Below the pieces are notes generated by a model, which made no database searches, was not told the DNA's origin, and worked only from the letters and a program-made list of their open reading frames with translations. Positions 37,899-42,850 of a DNA stretch of 42,850 nt are shown here, piece after piece. This DNA comes from an uncultured Prevotella sp. (GTDB taxonomy: Bacteria > Bacteroidota > Bacteroidia > Bacteroidales > Bacteroidaceae). Numbering within the stretch: the first letter of the stretch is position 1; the number at the start of each line of letters is the position of its first letter. The DNA lies in NCBI GenBank assembly GCA_900551985.1, contig URYG01000001.1, positions 1 through 42,850 of the forward strand, in the 5' to 3' direction. A program made the position numbers and the translations under genes.

Positions 37899-38948
37899 AT
37901 GAAGAAGATTATAAGTGATATCAAAGAGAAGGGAAGGCTGATGATGCTCTCTTGCTGCACCATCCTCGGCTTGCTGCTCGCATCCTGTGATTATTGGCAC
38001 GATAGCTATGAGGGATGTGAGGAACTGCTGAAGACTCATCTGAAGGTGCAGTTCATCTACGATATGAACATGAAGTTTGCCGATGCTTTCCCTCATGAGG
38101 TAAAGAACGTCACGCTTTATGCCTTCGACCAGCAGGGAAAACTGGCTTATACCAAGACCGAGGCTGCCGAGAAGATTATCGCCGAAGAGGGTATGAATAT
38201 CGATGACCTGACTCCTGGTGTCTATGATCTTCTCGTTTGGGCACAGGGCGAAGAGCGTTATGCTGACTCCTATACTTTTGGGCAGGCAAGCATAGGCTCT
38301 TCAGCCTGTGATGTGCTCAAAGCTACGGTGAACCGTGCCGATAAGGGCATCATCGACCACGATCTAACTCCTCTCTTCCATGGACAGTTGGCAAAAGCCG
38401 ATCTTACCGAGATAAAGAAAGGTGGTACAAGAACTGTCAAGGTTTCGCTTACCAAGAATACCAATCAGGTCAAGGTGGTGTTGCAAAACCTGTCGGGCGT
38501 AAATCTCAGTGCCGATGACTTCATCTTTCAGATTACCGATAACAATGGTAAGATGGATTACGACAACAGTCTGATGGAGGATGAAATGCTTACCTATAAC
38601 GCCTGGTCTGCTTACTCCGGTACTGCTGGTGTCAGTTCTGGAACCAGCGAGCAGACTTCTGTGGCATGTGCCATCGCCGAGTTGACAACCAACCGATTGG
38701 TGAAAGGTCATGATATGCGTCTGCGTGTATGGAACAAGTCAACAGGAGCAAGCATCATCAATATACCATTGATAGATTATGCCCTGATGGTGAAAGGCAA
38801 TTATAACAAGAGTATGAGCGATCAGGAATATCTGGATCGACAGGATTCCTACGACCTTGTGTTCTTCATCGACGAAAACCACAAGTGGCAGTCAGCCTCT
38901 GTCATCATCAACTCATGGAGAGTGGTTCTGAGCAAGGCCGATATGTAA
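37899..38948 (+). CDS. Type V pilus anchor subunit (FimB/Mfa2 family)
   Basis: Lipobox LASC, F.YDMNMKFADAF, QEYLDRQD.Y and IINSW.VV motifs. Confidence 0.9.
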   Translation: MKKIISDIKEKGRLMMLSCCTILGLLLASCDYWHDSYEGCEELLKTHLKVQFIYDMNMKFADAFPHEVKNVTLYAFDQQGKLAYTKTEAAEKIIAEEGMNIDDLTPGVYDLLVWAQGEERYADSYTFGQASIGSSACDVLKATVNRADKGIIDHDLTPLFHGQLAKADLTEIKKGGTRTVKVSLTKNTNQVKVVLQNLSGVNLSADDFIFQITDNNGKMDYDNSLMEDEMLTYNAWSAYSGTAGVSSGTSEQTSVACAIAELTTNRLVKGHDMRLRVWNKSTGASIINIPLIDYALMVKGNYNKSMSDQEYLDRQDSYDLVFFIDENHKWQSASVIINSWRVVLSKADM

Positions 38949-38970
38949 GAAGTAATTATCGTATTTAATT

Positions 38971-40113
38971 ATGATGTATGAGATGAAAGGAATAAGATAT
39001 GCAGAGGGACTGCTCAAGTTCCTCTTGGCTACTGCTATGGCTTGGCTTGGCTGTATTGCTTTGGTCTCATGCGACCAGGGAGATACTGAATCAGAGAATG
39101 CCGAAGCCCATATCACGCTTACCCTTTGCCTGAAAGGTACGGATACCGATAACTATACAAGAATAGGGCAGCCTGGGGGTAAGCAGCTTGCTTCAAGAAG
39201 TGGCGGCGACGAGACGGATGAGCCGGGTACAGAGATGGAAAACAGTATCGGCTTAAGCAGATTCCATGTTGTTTTCTATCAGACAAACCAGCAAATGGCA
39301 GGAATCCTGCAAAACATGGTGCTTGTTCATTTGGGCGGTAATATCTACCGGTTGACCGGATCTTTGCCTGTGAGCAACAAGGTGCTTGTGGGTAATCACT
39401 TCGAAGGAAAAATGGTGGTTTATGCTAATTTCGATATGAGTGAGGAAGATTTGCAGAAAGGCTACAACGATGAGGCTATTGCCCAGAAGTCGTTTGGTTA
39501 CGAAGCCAATCCTAAGTATCTGCCGATGTGGGGTGTCAAGAAAGTTTCTTTCACGCTTACTGCCGGCAAGCGTCAGGATTTCTCGGATATCGACCTGTTG
39601 AGGGCGGTAGCCAAGGTGAAGGTGAATCTGAGTGATGAAATGAAGAATAATGGATGGAGCATATATAGTATGAAACTCATCAACTATAATAATGAGGGCT
39701 ATTGTATGCCCAGTAAGTATGCTGAATGCGAACAGACCGCATCGCTTACTCACGAGGAGTTTGAGCATTTCTATGAGTCTAAGAAAACAGAGCCCATCAC
39801 GATGACAGATAATGTTCCTATCTATCTGCCCGAATATAAGAATACGGGCAGAAATGATGCGGATAAATGTGTTATCAAGTTGAAGCTTGAAAGAAATGGA
39901 AACGTTTATTTAGATGATTCCGGAAAAGAAAAGGAATACACCCTGCGCTTCATCGATTATACAGACAAAGGAGGGGAAGGAACAACCGTCAATGATATCG
40001 TGCGCGACCATTATTATACCTTTGAGGTATATAGAGGCACTAATGGTCAGAATCTCGTGAAACTGACGGTCAGGAAGTGGAATGTTCTAGAGCACGAAGA
40101 TATTGTGATGTAA
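38971..40113 (+). CDS. Type V pilus accessory subunit
   Basis: Lipobox LVSC, LPMWG, LLRAVAKV, YLPEY, IVRDHYY.F and C-terminal V..W strand. Confidence 0.8.
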   Translation: MMYEMKGIRYAEGLLKFLLATAMAWLGCIALVSCDQGDTESENAEAHITLTLCLKGTDTDNYTRIGQPGGKQLASRSGGDETDEPGTEMENSIGLSRFHVVFYQTNQQMAGILQNMVLVHLGGNIYRLTGSLPVSNKVLVGNHFEGKMVVYANFDMSEEDLQKGYNDEAIAQKSFGYEANPKYLPMWGVKKVSFTLTAGKRQDFSDIDLLRAVAKVKVNLSDEMKNNGWSIYSMKLINYNNEGYCMPSKYAECEQTASLTHEEFEHFYESKKTEPITMTDNVPIYLPEYKNTGRNDADKCVIKLKLERNGNVYLDDSGKEKEYTLRFIDYTDKGGEGTTVNDIVRDHYYTFEVYRGTNGQNLVKLTVRKWNVLEHEDIVM

Positions 40114-40175
40114 ATGTGAATTATAAACGAGAAAATATAAATAGGAATAGCCTATGGGCGGTTCATAATATAGAC

Positions 40176-41696
40176 ATGGCAAAGAAGATATACTATTATA
40201 TATGTATTTGGGCAGTATGCTTGCTGGCAGCTTGTTCTGCTGGCGATGAAGCAACTTCCTATCCCGGTCAGGTTGATGCTGAGAATCGGGTAGGGGTGAC
40301 GCTGCAGCTATCTGCCTTATCTTCCCAGACTTCGCAGTCTTCCCGGTCTTCTCTGACCAGGGCGGCTTGGGAGACGGATACTGAAGCTTTGCCTGGAGAA
40401 ATGATGAAGAGCTGGTTTGTGGTGGTGGTACAGAATGGAAAGATAGAGAGGATTATCACTTCCGATTTGAAATCTCTGGGTGTTACGGAGGTGGAGAAAG
40501 ACCAGGTGTTTGTGAAGGAGCTGAATAAGGGCGAGACAACCTTCTATTCTTTTGCCAATATCAAGCCAGAAGAGATTGGACTTGATGCCGGCACGCCTGA
40601 AGGTCAACCGCTGCCTGCTGGTTTTGATGAACAGACTTATCAGATGAATGGCAACAGTCAACTCTTCCATCAGTTGATGACACCTGACTTTCCGAACGGT
40701 TATCCGATGAGTAATAAGCAGGTGGTGAATATAACTGATAACCAGCAAGTCATCAATCTGGAGGTCATCCGTATGGTAGCTAAGGTGCAGCTCGCCATTA
40801 CCAATGCCACGGATCATGCCATCAATCTGAAGACCATCACCCTTTCGGATGTTACCAAGAATGGTAATCAGAATATCAAGCTTTTGCCAAATGTGGATTC
40901 GGCAAATGAATTGAAGGGTGTAAATTTAGCTGATGGTGCGGCAAAAGGAACCATCACGCTGACGGCTGCCGAAAACAATGGTATAACCATTGGGGCTAGA
41001 GCTACGCAAAAGGCTTGTTTCTATATGAACGAGAGTATGGTAGATAAGGACGAAGATGGTGGTAACCGATACTTTGTTCTTTCGCTTTCCACGGTAGATG
41101 CGGCTACGGGCGCTACCAGTAACCATCGTTATGCCATGCTATCATGGAATGAAATCCGGCGCAATGATTATCTGAAAATCCCTATCAAGCTGGAGGATTA
41201 TCAGATTAGATGGAAGGTGGAGGCATTCTCGCCAATCGGGGTGTTGCCGGAGGTAACGGATGATGGCGAAAACCTTTCGCTCGACTTCGGCTATTATGGC
41301 GAGTTTCATATCAAGCCAGAGGTCATCAAGTTGAGCCGTACTGGTTCTCAGACCCTGTCTGTGAGTGAATGGCAGATGGGAACGGATGCAACAGGTTCTG
41401 ATGGCTGGACGCTGCAAGAGCAGAATCCGCAGGGAGCAGATGGAGTAAGCATCTTCGATAGCTCGCCCGCATGGGTTCCATCTGCTTACCGCCTGGAAGG
41501 AGAAATGGGCAACCGCACGGGTTCTGCCATTTACACAATGAAGATCAAGGTGAAGGAGCAGAATGGCTTAGGCTTGTATCCTATCATCTCCCGTAAGGTT
41601 CGCTTTACGATGAAGCAAGTTTATCTGACCCGGGCAGGAAAGAATACAGAAAAAATAGTATTAAACACAAAGACTTTTGGCTATGAAGGCATTTAA
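40176..41696 (+). CDS. Type V pilus accessory/tip subunit
   Basis: Start re-assigned to MAKKIYYY at 40176. Lipobox LAAC, LTR cleavage-like site, PMSN, IRMVAKV, FYMNES and IRRNDY motifs. Confidence 0.75.
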   Translation: MAKKIYYYICIWAVCLLAACSAGDEATSYPGQVDAENRVGVTLQLSALSSQTSQSSRSSLTRAAWETDTEALPGEMMKSWFVVVVQNGKIERIITSDLKSLGVTEVEKDQVFVKELNKGETTFYSFANIKPEEIGLDAGTPEGQPLPAGFDEQTYQMNGNSQLFHQLMTPDFPNGYPMSNKQVVNITDNQQVINLEVIRMVAKVQLAITNATDHAINLKTITLSDVTKNGNQNIKLLPNVDSANELKGVNLADGAAKGTITLTAAENNGITIGARATQKACFYMNESMVDKDEDGGNRYFVLSLSTVDAATGATSNHRYAMLSWNEIRRNDYLKIPIKLEDYQIRWKVEAFSPIGVLPEVTDDGENLSLDFGYYGEFHIKPEVIKLSRTGSQTLSVSEWQMGTDATGSDGWTLQEQNPQGADGVSIFDSSPAWVPSAYRLEGEMGNRTGSAIYTMKIKVKEQNGLGLYPIISRKVRFTMKQVYLTRAGKNTEKIVLNTKTFGYEGI

Positions 41697-42850
41697 GTTT
41701 TACATATATCGCATCTGTCTGGCAGTAATCTTCGGATTGCTGCCAACAGTTATGTGGGCTGGTGACAAGCTGACCCATTATGAAGGAATTGCCAACAAGG
41801 CTGGCGACTACAACTGGAATGGTACGCAGAAGTGTCATGAACTGACTTATTGTTATTATGTAACCAAGGGACAGAAAGACCTGGTGCTTACGCTCCCTAT
41901 CGAAAATTATACGAATGGAGGTTCTAATTTGGAACCGAGAGGTTATTATCGTTGGTTTGATTGGACTACAGATGCTGCGTCTTCACGTTTAACCAAGGTG
42001 GGTTATAGGCTCTATAGTTTTGATAATGGTAAAGGATTATATGCAGTTTGCCTTCAGGTGAATCCTGCTCAGAATACGGTTGGTGTAACTTATTCTGCTC
42101 CATCTGGATCGGCTTATGATTCTTGGGAGGCAGATACCATAGCCTGCGAAGTGAGTAGATACCATGATGGTATCACGGTGGGGTATGGTACTGATTTCCG
42201 TCATGAGCCTACTCTCTCTATCCGCTATAAGTTTGTGATCCGTAAGGCAACATGGATAGCCGACCAACTGAAAAAGGCTGCAGTTGATTCCGGTACCGGT
42301 ACACGTACTTTTGAGGATAATCAGGACATAACGATAGGTATCAATAGTACATCTTCCGGCAAAAGTGAAGCCACCCTGCGTCTGAACTATAACAATGTAA
42401 ATCGCTATTATTTCTATCCGCTTACAGCGGATGCTTATAGTAAAAAGCACATTTGTTATCCTGCCGCTAACCAAATGGCAAATAAGATGGAAGAGGGTGA
42501 TTTTACAAGTACGCTTATTAGGGCGAATGCTGTAAAATGGAGGGTATATGATGAGACTTGTTCTTTTTATTGTGATATAGATGCAGAAAGTCAACCTAGA
42601 TTTGTACGAATCAGTCCCTATAAATTAAATAATGCCAATTGGACAAATATTTCTACAGGAACGACTTTACGACCTGGTTCTAGTAGTCTGTCAACCTTTA
42701 AGGCAATGAGCAGATTTAATGTTGTGGCTTATCTGGGGGCAAATAGTGGGGGAAGTCAATGGTGCCCTGTGGCTAATTTCACTTGTCGTTTTTCTGAGGA
42801 ATATCCACAACTCTTCGATAATTTGCAGAGCGACGCCCCTATTCGTACCC
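41683..42850 (+). CDS. Large secreted protein, 3' end outside the window (absent from the ORF track)
   Basis: ATG at 41683 overlaps the previous stop. Translates as MKAFKFYIYRICLAVIFGLLPTVMWA-GDKLTHYEG..., with an SPI-type signal peptide and no stop seen to the window end. Confidence 0.85.
   Translation, partial: MKAFKFYIYRICLAVIFGLLPTVMWAGDKLTHYEGIANKAGDYNWNGTQKCHELTYCYYVTKGQKDLVLTLPIENYTNGGSNLEPRGYYRWFDWTTDAASSRLTKVGYRLYSFDNGKGLYAVCLQVNPAQNTVGVTYSAPSGSAYDSWEADTIACEVSRYHDGITVGYGTDFRHEPTLSIRYKFVIRKATWIADQLKKAAVDSGTGTRTFEDNQDITIGINSTSSGKSEATLRLNYNNVNRYYFYPLTADAYSKKHICYPAANQMANKMEEGDFTSTLIRANAVKWRVYDETCSFYCDIDAESQPRFVRISPYKLNNANWTNISTGTTLRPGSSSLSTFKAMSRFNVVAYLGANSGGSQWCPVANFTCRFSEEYPQLFDNLQSDAPIRT

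Overview
This 42.85 kb window looks like the chromosome of a Bacteroidales organism, most likely Prevotella/Segatella, judged from gene order, TAnnTTTG promoters and a general lack of Shine-Dalgarno sites. Positions 1-32.2 kb are housekeeping genes: dnaE (partial), trxA, tsaE, porX, two LysO-family genes, sprE/porW, a metal ABC permease, aroA, xth, folE, a SPOR protein, a DoxX-like ORF fused in frame to tpiA, DUF1599, cca, an RND efflux operon ending in a divergent lpxA paralog, and ftsX-DUF3098-uppP-truB-queA-folK. From 32.2 kb to the end is an accessory locus with two convergent, overlapping AraC regulators, a type V fimbrial operon, and a large secreted protein that runs off the window. The most unusual signals are non-coding. 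(i) A dispersed family of bipartite heptamer-repeat elements, (TGAAGAR)n-core-(GTTCAAA)n on the mRNA strand, fills intercistronic spacers right up to start codons in at least six places. (ii) A promoter- and terminator-bounded ~200 nt candidate sRNA with internal repeats lies between porX and lysO. (iii) A nested palindromic element with 21/22-nt periodicity lies upstream of ftsX. (iv) The cca promoter is triplicated in a direct-inverted-direct arrangement. No CRISPR array, rRNA, tRNA, transposase or integrase was recognised. All calls are by eye; no searches were run.
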